From Desulfurococcales archaeon (GTDB lineage: Archaea > Thermoproteota > Thermoprotei_A > Sulfolobales > Desulfurococcaceae), in assembly GCA_027022365.1 (NCBI GenBank), contig JALVYU010000038.1, positions 1 to 56,951 of the forward strand: DNA of 56,951 bases. Reading direction: 5' to 3'. The notes under the pieces were generated by a model. It saw only the letters and a list, made by a program, of their open reading frames with translations. It was not told the DNA's origin and ran no database searches. The stretch's first letter is position 1, and every line of letters starts with the position of its first letter. The position numbers and the translations under genes are program-made. Positions 38,577 to 48,691 of this stretch are shown piece by piece.

Positions 38577-39511
38577 TAACCGTATTCTATTGTCTGGGAA
38601 TTAAACTGTTTGTTCTCAGAGAATATGTTCGGACCATATATTTCTTTTATTACCTCTATGACTTCGGCCTCTATCCACTCTAGATCTATTGTTCCGGCCG
38701 AAACTGAGGGCGGTAGTTCGTAGTAGAACTTTAGCTTGTCCTCTAATGAGATAACTATGCTGCATGGTTTCCCGTATTTCCTTATGTACCTATAAGGCCT
38801 CTCTACGACATGAACAGTATCGCTTATTTTGCCCTTGTACTTGTAGCCCATTGTCTTCAGCTTGTTGATCACCTTGTCAAGCAGGATCTTCGGATCCATT
38901 AACGGGACATCTATGGAACATACATGCTTGGTTAGCTTACTCGTCGAGCACTCATAGAATTTACCCTTTCTGTGTTCAGGGTATTTCTTGGCGAGGTTCT
39001 CGGTTATGTCGTGATAAAGCAGTATCGCACCTAGGAATAGGGCTGCGGCCGCGATGAGCGATATTATTCCGTGGAACTTTTCTCTCACGGTATGTGTGTG
39101 TATTGTTATATAATATGTTACGGTGACGTTATTGGTCGAAGGATTTAGAAGGCCGAGTATATACATATTGTTTGTTCCATTGAACACTTGAAACACATTA
39201 TTATATTCTGTGAGGTTCATCTCCTTGAACAATGTTGTTGGATCCATGGATGTACCAAGATAGACCTGTAGATTCGTCCGTGGCTGCGTCGTCCAGTTGA
39301 TCTTGAACTTATCGCCTGTTAAAAGGGGTATCTTGACATAATAGAGTGATTTCGGGGGAATAACTATCTTGTCATGGAATGTCTTGGTAATCGGTATTGT
39401 TTCTTGAAGAAATGAAGAGCTAAGGGCTAGGACTATTAGCGCTCCGATAATCAATACAATGCTACGCTTATTTATCTCCCTCATTATTTTAGCTAGAGAC
39501 ATCATTATCAT
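38576..39511 (-). CDS. Hypothetical membrane protein (two TMs, N-glycosylation-rich extracellular domain)
   Basis: Long ORF, two hydrophobic helices, several NxT/S sequons. Confidence 0.6.
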   Translation of the reverse strand: MIMMSLAKIMREINKRSIVLIIGALIVLALSSSFLQETIPITKTFHDKIVIPPKSLYYVKIPLLTGDKFKINWTTQPRTNLQVYLGTSMDPTTLFKEMNLTEYNNVFQVFNGTNNMYILGLLNPSTNNVTVTYYITIHTHTVREKFHGIISLIAAAALFLGAILLYHDITENLAKKYPEHRKGKFYECSTSKLTKHVCSIDVPLMDPKILLDKVINKLKTMGYKYKGKISDTVHVVERPYRYIRKYGKPCSIVISLEDKLKFYYELPPSVSAGTIDLEWIEAEVIEVIKEIYGPNIFSENKQFNSQTIEYG

Positions 39512-39618
39512 CCACGCTGACTCGTCAAACAGAATTATTTACTACCCATATAATCTCTACCGGACACTCTGCTTTGTTAATAATAAGGGAAAGGGAGAAG
39601 AGAAAAAAGTGTTTGGTG

Positions 39619-40524
39619 TTAGACTGTCCTCTCCTCTCTGAAGTAGATCTTGCCCAGGCTCTTCGGTGGTGCTAATTTCCTCTTCAGCGGTGTCACCATG
39701 AATATTATCATTGCCGCTATCGCTGCTACGAATGGTAGCATCTTACCAACGTCTGGCGGCAGGTTATACGTTGCTGCGATGAGGAATCTGTACTTGTCCA
39801 GAGCCGCGAATATCATTGCTGATATCAGTATTAGTATTGGGTGCCTGCCCGCGCTCAGAGATATAGCGAACGCAATCCATCCGTAGCCCATTCCTGCGCC
39901 CTGGCTCCATACCTGCGTGTATGCTAGCTCGAACACAGCCGCACCTATACCGATCAGTGCGTATCCTACTCCGCTCGCGAACAGTCTTACAGCGAGAACA
40001 TTAACGCCTAGCGCCTCTGCGCTGGCAGGGTTCTCGCCTGCGGCACGTATTGCTGCCCCTATCTTGGTTTTCTCTACGAGATACCATATCCCTATAGCGA
40101 CGACGAATGCTACTACGTAGAACCATATCCAGGTCCCACCGAGTGATGGCTGTATCGTTGCTAGTGATCTACCGTTTATCTGTAGCTGTCTTGCCGGCAG
40201 ACCCACTAGTGCCGCTAGACCGTATCCTAGGAACATCGTTGATAGTCCTGCTGCTCCGTGGCTGATGGGCAGTTTTGTCGTGATGAATGCTAGCATCAAA
40301 CCGAACAATGCCGCGACGATCATTGCTATAAATGTTGCCAGCGGTACGCTGAACGTATAGACGCTGACAGCAAATGCTATTGCTACGCCGAGGGTGAAGA
40401 CACCGTCGATTGCTAGGTTTAGTACACCGCTTTTCTCCATTAGTCCGTGGCCGACTGCTGCTAGGTAGTATGCTAGGAATATCGCGCTCACACCAACGAT
40501 GAATGAGGCTATGGACTCGAACAC
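39619..40524 (-). CDS. Nucleoside ABC transporter permease (NupQ-like)
   Basis: EKSGVLNLAIDG and RAAGENPASAEALGVNV. Confidence 0.9.
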   Translation of the reverse strand: MFESIASFIVGVSAIFLAYYLAAVGHGLMEKSGVLNLAIDGVFTLGVAIAFAVSVYTFSVPLATFIAMIVAALFGLMLAFITTKLPISHGAAGLSTMFLGYGLAALVGLPARQLQINGRSLATIQPSLGGTWIWFYVVAFVVAIGIWYLVEKTKIGAAIRAAGENPASAEALGVNVLAVRLFASGVGYALIGIGAAVFELAYTQVWSQGAGMGYGWIAFAISLSAGRHPILILISAMIFAALDKYRFLIAATYNLPPDVGKMLPFVAAIAAMIIFMVTPLKRKLAPPKSLGKIYFREERTV

Positions 40525-40530
40525 CGCTTA

Positions 40531-41625
40531 TCACCTCTTCACGATTATCTTTATCTTGTACTCGGAGATCGTTATCAGGATTGTATACATCAGCAATATG
40601 CTACCGATGAAAACATCTACGATGGCGGATCCCGCAGTTAGTAGCTGCCCAAGATGCCCCCCCACAAGTATCTGATACTGTATGCCTGCAGTGTACAGTG
40701 CACTTACAATGTATGCTGCGATAGGTACTGCTATTAGCTCCAGCATTGATAGCCATGCCACCAGAATACCTGTGTAGCCATAGTTTGCAGTATGTGCTTC
40801 TACGGGGTAGCTTATACGGTAGACATCGCCTCCCAAGTAGAGTGCTCCGACGCTCCCAGCGATGAATCCGGATATCGTCAGCGCAACTATGATCATTAGG
40901 GGTACGCTGATACCACTGCTTCTCAGCAGGTTAGGGTTGTTTCCAAGGATCCTTATTCTTAGACCAATAGATGTGTTCCTCAACAGGTACCAGACGCCGA
41001 CAAATAGTATTATCAGTAGGAATAGGCCGTCCCATGTCATCGTTGTCCCGGGTACTTGTGGGAACATTACCTGTGCTGGTATAGTGTCTGTTCTGATGTA
41101 GTTGTATACGTGTTTGCCTAGCCATGGGCCTCTCACTAGAATGTCAACAATATAGTACGCAATATAGTTCATGATCAGGGTTACTGGTACCTCGTCTAGG
41201 CCTAGATAAGCCCTAGGGAGGGCTGCCAGTAATGCCCATATGCCGCCCGCCACCATAGCGAGTAGTATCATTGAGACCTGCGCTAGGCCCGGGTTAATAT
41301 ACGGCAATGCTGTGAATAATGCTACCCATGTAGCAGCCATTAGTCCAAACGTTATCTGTCCCTCTCCACCGATGTTCCATATACTGCCCTTGAAGCTTAC
41401 AAGCAATGCTATACCCACTATTGTTAGTGCTACGAATGTCTTGGCGACGACGCCGGGCCTTGTGAAGCCGTAGACTATTGCGCTCAGAACCGCGGCTGGG
41501 CTTGCGCCCATAAGGACGTATAGGATTATTACACTGATGGCTATTCCTGCGAGTAGGGCTATAATAGGTATGATCCAGTAGGGTAGGGGCTTGACCCTCC
41601 TAACAATAACCATACTGACCTTCAT
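40531..41625 (-). CDS. Nucleoside ABC transporter permease (NupP-like)
   Basis: WNIGGEGQ, EVPVTLIMNYIA and GYTGILVAWL. Confidence 0.9.
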   Translation of the reverse strand: MKVSMVIVRRVKPLPYWIIPIIALLAGIAISVIILYVLMGASPAAVLSAIVYGFTRPGVVAKTFVALTIVGIALLVSFKGSIWNIGGEGQITFGLMAATWVALFTALPYINPGLAQVSMILLAMVAGGIWALLAALPRAYLGLDEVPVTLIMNYIAYYIVDILVRGPWLGKHVYNYIRTDTIPAQVMFPQVPGTTMTWDGLFLLIILFVGVWYLLRNTSIGLRIRILGNNPNLLRSSGISVPLMIIVALTISGFIAGSVGALYLGGDVYRISYPVEAHTANYGYTGILVAWLSMLELIAVPIAAYIVSALYTAGIQYQILVGGHLGQLLTAGSAIVDVFIGSILLMYTILITISEYKIKIIVKR

Positions 41626-41626
41626 G

Positions 41627-43186
41627 CTACATCACCATCAAGTGCTCAATCTCTTCTCTCTTGGCCTTGTCTGCAGGAAATACACCAACTATTTTGCCCG
41701 AGTTCATAACGGCTATTCTGTCGCTGATCTGGAAAATCTCGTCTAGGTCTTCGCTGGCTATTATCGCTGACACCTTGTTCTTCAAGACCTTCTCCTTGAT
41801 TATCTTCCTGACCTTGATCGCTGTTGCCTCGTCCAGTGCTCTCGTCGGGTTGTACGCTACCAAGAGATTAGTCGCCACAGTTAGTTCTCTTGCGACAAGA
41901 ACTTTCATGATGTTTCCTCCGCTGAGAAACTTTACGGGGGTATCCGGTGATGGTGTCTTTATCTCGAACTCCTTTATCAGCTTGAGTGTTAGTTCTCTTA
42001 TTTTATCCCAGTTTATGATCCCCCTGCTGTATACTGGTAGCACTGCTATGTTCTCAATGATGCTGTTCTCAATGCTTACACCATACTTGGCCGGTAGGTC
42101 TGGTATGTAGCCCACACCATTTACTCTCAGATAGTAAGTTGTCTTCCTGGTGATGTCTTCGCCATTATATATGATCCTGCCCTTCATGACTGGCCTTAGT
42201 CTCATTATTGCCTGGATTAGTTCTTTCTGGCCGTTACCCGCTACTCCGGCGATGCCCAGTACTTCTCCCTTCTTTACCTCGAGGCTCACACCTTGTACTG
42301 CGTAGCCTCCGAAGTCGCCCATCACCCATAGATCCTTTACTTCTAGAATTGTCTTGGGCTCCGGCTGTGCGGTCGGAAGCCTCTCATATGTGATCTCGGC
42401 GCTTCTCTCACCGAACATTAGTGCTCTGATCTTCTCTATTGTAGCCTCTTTCCTGTCAAGGTGGCCTGCTACTTTTCCTCTCCTTAGAACAGTTATCTTG
42501 TCCGCCACATCCATTGCTTCGTATATCTTGTGCGTAATTAGGACGACGGTTCCTCCCTCGTCGGCGAACCGTCTTATGAATTTATAGAATCTCTGCTTCT
42601 CCTCGATCGGCAGGTAGGTGATAGCCTCGTCTAGTAGTAAGACCTTTGCGCCTAGTAGGATTGCACGCAGTATCTCTACGAGCTGTTTCTGGGTATAGCT
42701 CAGCCTCCAGACCTCGATGCCGGGATCTATCTTTATGCCTACGCGCTTGGATTCCTCTCTGATTGTCTTGTAGACCTTTGTTACTGGTACGAAGTGGTTG
42801 TATTTCTCAAGGCCTAGAATGATGTTCTCGGCAACGGTCAGTGTATCGATGATCTGTGGTGACTGACTGACCATTACTATTCCCATGTTGATAGCGTCGG
42901 CTGGGCTTGTCAGCCTCGTTGGTCGGCCGTTGATAATGATCTCTCCTTCATCTGGCGTGTAGATGCCATACAGGACTTTGACTAGAGTAGATTTTCCAGC
43001 GCCGTTTTCGCCTAATAGTGCATGCACTGTCCCAGGATAGATATCGAGGTCGATATGGTCTAGGGCAATGACGCCTGGGAATCGCTTTGTGATCCCTCTT
43101 AGGCTGACAATAGGTTTCTTGCCCTCTTGAGGAGGGGATAAAAAAGTTGGTTTGGCGTTATTTGCCTCCGCTGCCACTACTACCAC
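41627..43186 (-). CDS. Nucleoside/sugar ABC transporter ATP-binding protein (double ABC)
   Basis: GENGAGKST, LLLDE, GVAGNGQ and LSGGN. Confidence 0.93.
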   Translation of the reverse strand: MVVVAAEANNAKPTFLSPPQEGKKPIVSLRGITKRFPGVIALDHIDLDIYPGTVHALLGENGAGKSTLVKVLYGIYTPDEGEIIINGRPTRLTSPADAINMGIVMVSQSPQIIDTLTVAENIILGLEKYNHFVPVTKVYKTIREESKRVGIKIDPGIEVWRLSYTQKQLVEILRAILLGAKVLLLDEAITYLPIEEKQRFYKFIRRFADEGGTVVLITHKIYEAMDVADKITVLRRGKVAGHLDRKEATIEKIRALMFGERSAEITYERLPTAQPEPKTILEVKDLWVMGDFGGYAVQGVSLEVKKGEVLGIAGVAGNGQKELIQAIMRLRPVMKGRIIYNGEDITRKTTYYLRVNGVGYIPDLPAKYGVSIENSIIENIAVLPVYSRGIINWDKIRELTLKLIKEFEIKTPSPDTPVKFLSGGNIMKVLVARELTVATNLLVAYNPTRALDEATAIKVRKIIKEKVLKNKVSAIIASEDLDEIFQISDRIAVMNSGKIVGVFPADKAKREEIEHLMVM

Positions 43187-43247
43187 CCTTCCTTAAATGA
43201 GTATTATGCTTGTGGCCACGGTATTTATGTTATACCGCTAAAACCGG

Positions 43248-44654
43248 TTACGAGTGGTAGACTACCCAGTTGACGAACCAGTCGATGCTCCATAGCTGGT
43301 CGTGGCCTAGCCTCTCGCCAGCTGGTATTGTTACCTTCTCGCTCGGGTTCTTGAGCTTATAGCCCTCGAGAGGACCTGTGAATGGGTCGAATGGTGTGCT
43401 TATGAATATCGTCTTGTTGTCGACAGTGATCTTTACAACGGTCTCATACTTATGGGTTAGGTCGGTTAGCTGTAGTGGTGTTAGCATGGGTGCGTCCTTG
43501 AACATTCTGTAGCGCTCCATTACTAGCTCGTATACGCTCATCTTCTTACCAGTTAGTTTGTCGGTTACGTAGGTGTTCTTGAGTATGTTGATGAACTTCG
43601 GGTTGATGTGCATTACGGTACCGTTCGGGAATATCCAGCAGCCGAAGTCTACTGCGCCAGTGTTGAGCAGGTACCAGTAGTCGACGTGCTCTAGGTTGTA
43701 TGGCGTGTAGATGCCAGCCTTTATCTTTGATAGGATGTCAGCATAGATTTCCTCCCAGTGAGCGATCTGTCCGCTGACAACAGCGTCCTTACCGTATACC
43801 CATCCTGGGCTGTAGTGGCTGAACACGTATAGTGGGTGGTCTACCTTGCCGGCCTCATAGTCCTTGGTTATCTGCTCCGCTAGCTGTAGGATGGCTGTTG
43901 AGTCCTCGGTGTAGGCCAGCACGTCTACGTCATAGTTCTTCCAGAGAGTCTCGGCGGCGTTCTTGGCCTTGTCGGGGGCGAACCATGCTCCTATCTCGAT
44001 TACGTGTACCTTGATGTTCTTGCCCAGCTGTTTTCCAACCTCTTCGGCACCGATGGCGAAAGCGTTGATGTGTCTTACTACCTCGGGTATAGTGTAGGCT
44101 GCGACATAGCCGATGTTACCTGTCTTGGTTAGAGCTCCGGCGATCAGTCCGTCTAGGTAGTAGACCTGGTATAGGTCGGCGAAGTAGGTGCCCACGTTAT
44201 GGGCTCTCTTGTATCCTGAGCAGTGGAAGAACATCACGTTCGGGTACTTCTTGGCGGCTGCGATGGTTCCATCCATGAACTCGAAGCTTGTAGTGAAGAT
44301 GACATTGTATCCCTGGGAGACCAGCGTATCAATCGTCTGTCCTAGCTTGTCCTCGCTTACGCTCTCCACGTAGGTTGTCTTCAGCCAGTCCTTGAATAGG
44401 TCTGCTACGATCCTCCTGCCTAGGTCATGCATGTAGCTCCAGCCAAAGTCACCTACTGGCCCTACATATATCCATGCCGCCTTAATGGTCGTCGGCGGCG
44501 TCCAGGTTGTGGGTGTTGCTGTGTTGGTAGCTGCTGTCGACGTGGTTTTTCCTGCGGCGTACAATGTTCCAGCATAGAATGCCGCGGCGCCTACGATTAT
44601 AAGGACAATGATGAAGATTCCGATTAGGGCGTTCCTACTCATAACACTCCCCAC
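43248..44654 (-). CDS. BMP-family ABC substrate-binding protein (nucleoside/purine)
   Basis: N-terminal TM, YVGPVGDFGWSYMHDLGR and IPEVVRHINAF. Confidence 0.9.
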   Translation of the reverse strand: MGSVMSRNALIGIFIIVLIIVGAAAFYAGTLYAAGKTTSTAATNTATPTTWTPPTTIKAAWIYVGPVGDFGWSYMHDLGRRIVADLFKDWLKTTYVESVSEDKLGQTIDTLVSQGYNVIFTTSFEFMDGTIAAAKKYPNVMFFHCSGYKRAHNVGTYFADLYQVYYLDGLIAGALTKTGNIGYVAAYTIPEVVRHINAFAIGAEEVGKQLGKNIKVHVIEIGAWFAPDKAKNAAETLWKNYDVDVLAYTEDSTAILQLAEQITKDYEAGKVDHPLYVFSHYSPGWVYGKDAVVSGQIAHWEEIYADILSKIKAGIYTPYNLEHVDYWYLLNTGAVDFGCWIFPNGTVMHINPKFINILKNTYVTDKLTGKKMSVYELVMERYRMFKDAPMLTPLQLTDLTHKYETVVKITVDNKTIFISTPFDPFTGPLEGYKLKNPSEKVTIPAGERLGHDQLWSIDWFVNWVVYHS

Positions 44655-44786
44655 GAGAGATTCCTTTACTAATCATTACTTGTATAGACGAGCCTAAAAA
44701 GTATAGCTTACACAAGGGTTTTGTACAGGTATTACCACCATATATACGGGTAAATCGATAAATACCCTTGCTGTGGGCGACCTATT

Positions 44787-45447
44787 TTGGACAAGAATAC
44801 TATACAGAAGAAGCTAAGGGCTCTCGGCATTGGAAGGTTCCAGGTAATGGCTCTCCTCCAGGCCGCCAGGCACTATATTTTCAAATATGTGAAAGGATCT
44901 AAGGAAAGCCAAGAGCTTCGGGCTAAACCGCGCAATATTCTATGCGTGGGCGAAATACTATGGTCCACACAAGTATCCATACAGGCTAATGAGAGTCTTG
45001 GAGATAATGAGAAGGCAGAGAAGTGGAGGCAAGATTGAGAAGTGCCCGGAGGGATTCGTTGAAGAATTAGGCGAGTGCGTCGAGTTATCGCCTAGGGGCT
45101 ACTACATGATCGGCGGTAATGAACAGACAGAGTATGATTTTGACCGACAGATCACGAGAAAGATAAAGCTATTAATCGATCCCGAGAAGGCTTGGAAGGC
45201 CGCGCTCGAATATTTGTCGAGCTTCCCGAAGGAAGTACTCCGTCACCCCGGCAAATTCTACAAGCTCGTGTATGAGCCTGTTAGGGACACGTTCTTCATA
45301 GAGCTTCTCGAGAAAGGCAGAGTCGAGGCCCCGAAGGAGTTTATTGATTATCTGGCTAGGGGTTCAACAGATAAGAAGAAAGGTAAGAGTTTATATGATT
45401 TTATAGGTATTGATAAGGGAAAGAACGGTAATTGTGTGAATGGATGA
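44787..45447 (+). pseudogene. Conserved archaeal hypothetical protein split by a frameshift near 44890-44895
   Basis: One frame gives ...GRFQVMALLQAARHY; the next frame resumes KDLRKAKSFGLNRAIFYAWAKYYGP and runs into ORF 44989-45447. Confidence 0.7.
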
Positions 45448-45452
45448 TAATT

Positions 45453-46268
45453 GTGCAGAGCATCAATAAGAAGCTACTAGTGATAATACTTCTTTTGAGC
45501 GTATCCGGCGCTATCGTTAAAACAATAGGCGGAGTAATCTTTGGGTCGCGGAGCCTCTTCGTTGACGCCCTAACGTGTTTTGCAAATATCGTAGCGATAA
45601 TATCTACTATTTATTTCTATAAGGCAAGCCTTATGCCTCCTGACGCCGATCACCACTATGGACACTACAAACTGGGCTTCGGCGGGACAATAGTGAGTAT
45701 GCTAGCCTATAGCTTCGTAGCTGGAATAGCTGTTTCGACACTTACGGAGACCAGTAGGTACCATGTATATATACAGGCTGTATGGATGGCTGTGGCCGGG
45801 TTCTTCCTCTATCTGGGTGCGATAATCCTTGCTGGTCGTGCCGGCGAGTTCTTTAGGGCCTACGCTGTATTCACGGTCAGCGAACTAATAGAGAGCGGGA
45901 TCGTTATAGTTGCGAGTCTAGGCGGCGCTATGGTCAATTATATGATCGACTATGTGGGGGCGCTGATCATAACTATCTATATATTCATCGAACTATATGA
46001 TACGGGAAAGAAAGTCATAATGTACCTAAGCGATACAGCGCCTCCCCAGGAATTCGTGGATAAGGTGCGTAGACTTGTGGAAGAACATGGTTTTAGCCTT
46101 GTCTCCATTAAGATGAGACGAATAAATGATAATATTATCCATGGCGATATAGTGGTTAAGTCCGGTGGAGACATAGATATCAAGGAATTGGTTAAACGTA
46201 TAAGACACGTCAAGGAGGAACTTAGAGAAAAATATGGCCTTGACTGCTCCATTGAGATTAGCGGTTAA
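45453..46268 (+). CDS. Cation diffusion facilitator (CDF) transporter
   Basis: SRSLFVDA, PPDADHHYGHYK, six TMs plus a C-terminal cytosolic domain; start approximate. Confidence 0.85.
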   Translation: MQSINKKLLVIILLLSVSGAIVKTIGGVIFGSRSLFVDALTCFANIVAIISTIYFYKASLMPPDADHHYGHYKLGFGGTIVSMLAYSFVAGIAVSTLTETSRYHVYIQAVWMAVAGFFLYLGAIILAGRAGEFFRAYAVFTVSELIESGIVIVASLGGAMVNYMIDYVGALIITIYIFIELYDTGKKVIMYLSDTAPPQEFVDKVRRLVEEHGFSLVSIKMRRINDNIIHGDIVVKSGGDIDIKELVKRIRHVKEELREKYGLDCSIEISG

Positions 46269-46272
46269 AAAC

Positions 46273-47871
46273 TCATCCACTATTAGTCCGGTTTATCTGT
46301 TTTTCAAGATCATTGAGCTGTGCTAGTAATTTCTGTAGTTCTTCTATCATTGTGGTTATCTTCTTTTTGATTTCTTCTATCCTCTGAAGTATTGATGGTG
46401 ATGTAATATTTGCATGTGTACCATTGAGTGTTTTCAAGAATGATTTGAACTCTTGTAGGGTGAGCGTGTTTCTCACGGGTAGAGAGTAGACATTCCCGGT
46501 TTTCGCGTTTACGAGGTCTATTGATATGACGCCTCTTCCATCACTTGTTATGATCGTGACTTTCCAGTAGAGCGTATTGTTGATTATGATTGGTATTGGC
46601 TCTGCTAGTTTGAATCTCTCCCAGTCATATCTCGGATGAGCTTTCTGTATGTATGAGGCTATCTTCGATGCACCTATCCACTGTGTTTTCGGCCGATAGA
46701 TTTTTATGATGGGGTTTATGGTTTCGGCGTCAACGTATATTATGTATTTTATTGCATAGCTTGCCCCGCTGGGCTCGGCGACGAATAACCAGTAGAGATG
46801 CCCATTGTTGTCGAATACAAGATACGGCTGGGGGTTCAGACCAATATCTCTTATCGTGAACGTCTGGTGGTAGAGGGCAACATTTATGAAGCCTGGGCTC
46901 CACCTGTATAGCTCTATCCATTCACGTGCTATTACCTCGGGGACTACAGGGATCTTGTATGTCTTGAAAATGGGGCCGAGCACAGGGTCTGAGAACAGCT
47001 TATCTGCAGGAACGATCCTTATATTTCCATCGGCGCTTATCACTGCGTAGCCATAAAGTAGCGGGACATAGTGGTCTGCTCCTCTCTGCCAGGTCTCGAG
47101 GGGGACTAGCACATATAGCTTGTCCCCTAGCCTAACCTCGATATTGTCCTCGAGAAGCGGCTTGCAGAATAAATTCCTAGCCTTTAACTCCCTGTAGAGC
47201 GTGTCGATGTAGAGCGGGGTGATCCTGACCCTGTGGAGGGACCAGTAGAGGGTATGATTTACGAATTCGACGTCCGGGGGATAGGATGAGCCGTTAACAA
47301 AGACTACGCCGTAAGCGTTCCTGAACAGCTCGTTCCAGAAGCCTTCGGGCTCGATGATCCAGTTGTAAATAACGCTATCGCCCCTGTAGTACAGGTATGA
47401 TTCGTCCATATAGATCGTATGGGTTGGTATCTGTAGGAGTGATAGGGCATAGGCGTAGGCCGTCTCTAATGGGATTATCCTTGTCATAGATACCTGGATG
47501 GGCTTGTCTATCGTCTCTACATAGTGTGACGCAATGTATGATCCGCTTGATGGAACCACTATAACTTGATTCATTAGCGGTATTAATATCGATGCTATGA
47601 TAAACGCTGCAATTATCAGTGATATTGCTTTACGAATCTCTTTTGCGGATCGTTCTCCTCCATGATCCGAGGTTTTCCGGATTTTTACATACATAAAGAG
47701 CGGAAGAACTATTAGCAATAAGAACCCGGCGGCTAGTACTATGTATGCCGTGCTCGCGAGTTGCTCCGCTATGGGTCCTATGATGTTTACGAATCCCCCG
47801 CTTAGAAATGATATAATATATAGCAGGATGCTGATTACTATGATCTTTAATATGAGTGTTTCTCTCAACAA
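46273..47871 (-). CDS. Hypothetical membrane-anchored protein (three N-terminal TMs, large soluble domain, C-terminal coiled coil)
   Basis: Hydropathy pattern, heptad tail ILQRIEEIKKKITTMIEELQKLL, GGTGA SD. Confidence 0.65.
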   Translation of the reverse strand: MLRETLILKIIVISILLYIISFLSGGFVNIIGPIAEQLASTAYIVLAAGFLLLIVLPLFMYVKIRKTSDHGGERSAKEIRKAISLIIAAFIIASILIPLMNQVIVVPSSGSYIASHYVETIDKPIQVSMTRIIPLETAYAYALSLLQIPTHTIYMDESYLYYRGDSVIYNWIIEPEGFWNELFRNAYGVVFVNGSSYPPDVEFVNHTLYWSLHRVRITPLYIDTLYRELKARNLFCKPLLEDNIEVRLGDKLYVLVPLETWQRGADHYVPLLYGYAVISADGNIRIVPADKLFSDPVLGPIFKTYKIPVVPEVIAREWIELYRWSPGFINVALYHQTFTIRDIGLNPQPYLVFDNNGHLYWLFVAEPSGASYAIKYIIYVDAETINPIIKIYRPKTQWIGASKIASYIQKAHPRYDWERFKLAEPIPIIINNTLYWKVTIITSDGRGVISIDLVNAKTGNVYSLPVRNTLTLQEFKSFLKTLNGTHANITSPSILQRIEEIKKKITTMIEELQKLLAQLNDLEKQINRTNSG

Positions 47872-47980
47872 TTATTCACCCGATCCGCATCATATAATTG
47901 GGACATGATATTTGTTTGGTTATATATGGAATGGATAATTTATAAATAGGTTGTTTATACATTGTCCTAGGTGCAGGAGT

Positions 47981-48691
47981 ATGAAGAACATATTGGAAGA
48001 CCTTATTAGTAGTATTAGTCCTGAAAAACTGGCGTCAATGATCGACCATACTGTCTTGAAGCCCGTAGCTGACATAAAGATGTTGGAGAAATACATTGAA
48101 GACTACCGTAGATATAGGTTCGCCTCCCTCGTTGTACCTCCATCCCTCATATCTCTTGTGCGAGAAATAGGTGGTAGGAACATCAGGATCGCAACTGTGA
48201 TCGGGTTTCCGCTCGGCTACACTTTTACCGATGCAAAAGTCCTCGAAACGAGAAGGGCAACGGAGGATGGGGCTAAGGAAGTAGATATGGTTATAAACGT
48301 TAATTGGCTCAAGATGAAGAGGTATGATCTCGTCCTCGAGGATATAAGGAGGGTTGTCGAGGAAGCGAGAAAGAACGGCGCCGAGATAGTAAAGGTGATC
48401 ATCGAGGCAGGTCTTTTGACTGATGAGGAGAAGATCAAAGCTACAAAACTCGTTCTCCAAGCGGGCGCCGACTACGTTAAAACAAGCACCGGATTCACAG
48501 CTGGTGGTGCAACAGTACACGATGTACGATTACTCTATGAGGCAGGGGAGGGCAGATTAAAGGTCAAAGCCGCTGGCGGTATAAGGCATGCCCTCGACGC
48601 GCTAGCTATGATCGCAGCTGGTGCTTCAAGAATCGGTACAAGCACCGGAGACAAGATAATGGAGGAGTACATCAGGTTAAAGGGAGACTAG
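47981..48691 (+). CDS. deoC: Deoxyribose-phosphate aldolase
   Basis: IDHTVLKP, VIGFPLG, EVDMV, KVIIE, VKTSTGF, KAAGGIR and RIGTS. Confidence 0.96.
   Translation: MKNILEDLISSISPEKLASMIDHTVLKPVADIKMLEKYIEDYRRYRFASLVVPPSLISLVREIGGRNIRIATVIGFPLGYTFTDAKVLETRRATEDGAKEVDMVINVNWLKMKRYDLVLEDIRRVVEEARKNGAEIVKVIIEAGLLTDEEKIKATKLVLQAGADYVKTSTGFTAGGATVHDVRLLYEAGEGRLKVKAAGGIRHALDALAMIAAGASRIGTSTGDKIMEEYIRLKGD

Noticed and set aside
38096-38683. 195-aa plus-strand ORF
   Set aside because: Antisense shadow of ferredoxin and intergenic DNA, with no recognisable features.
44865-44900. BHB intron explaining the frameshift
   Set aside because: I could not build a bulge-helix-bulge motif, and removing 16 nt or more would leave too few residues between the conserved blocks.
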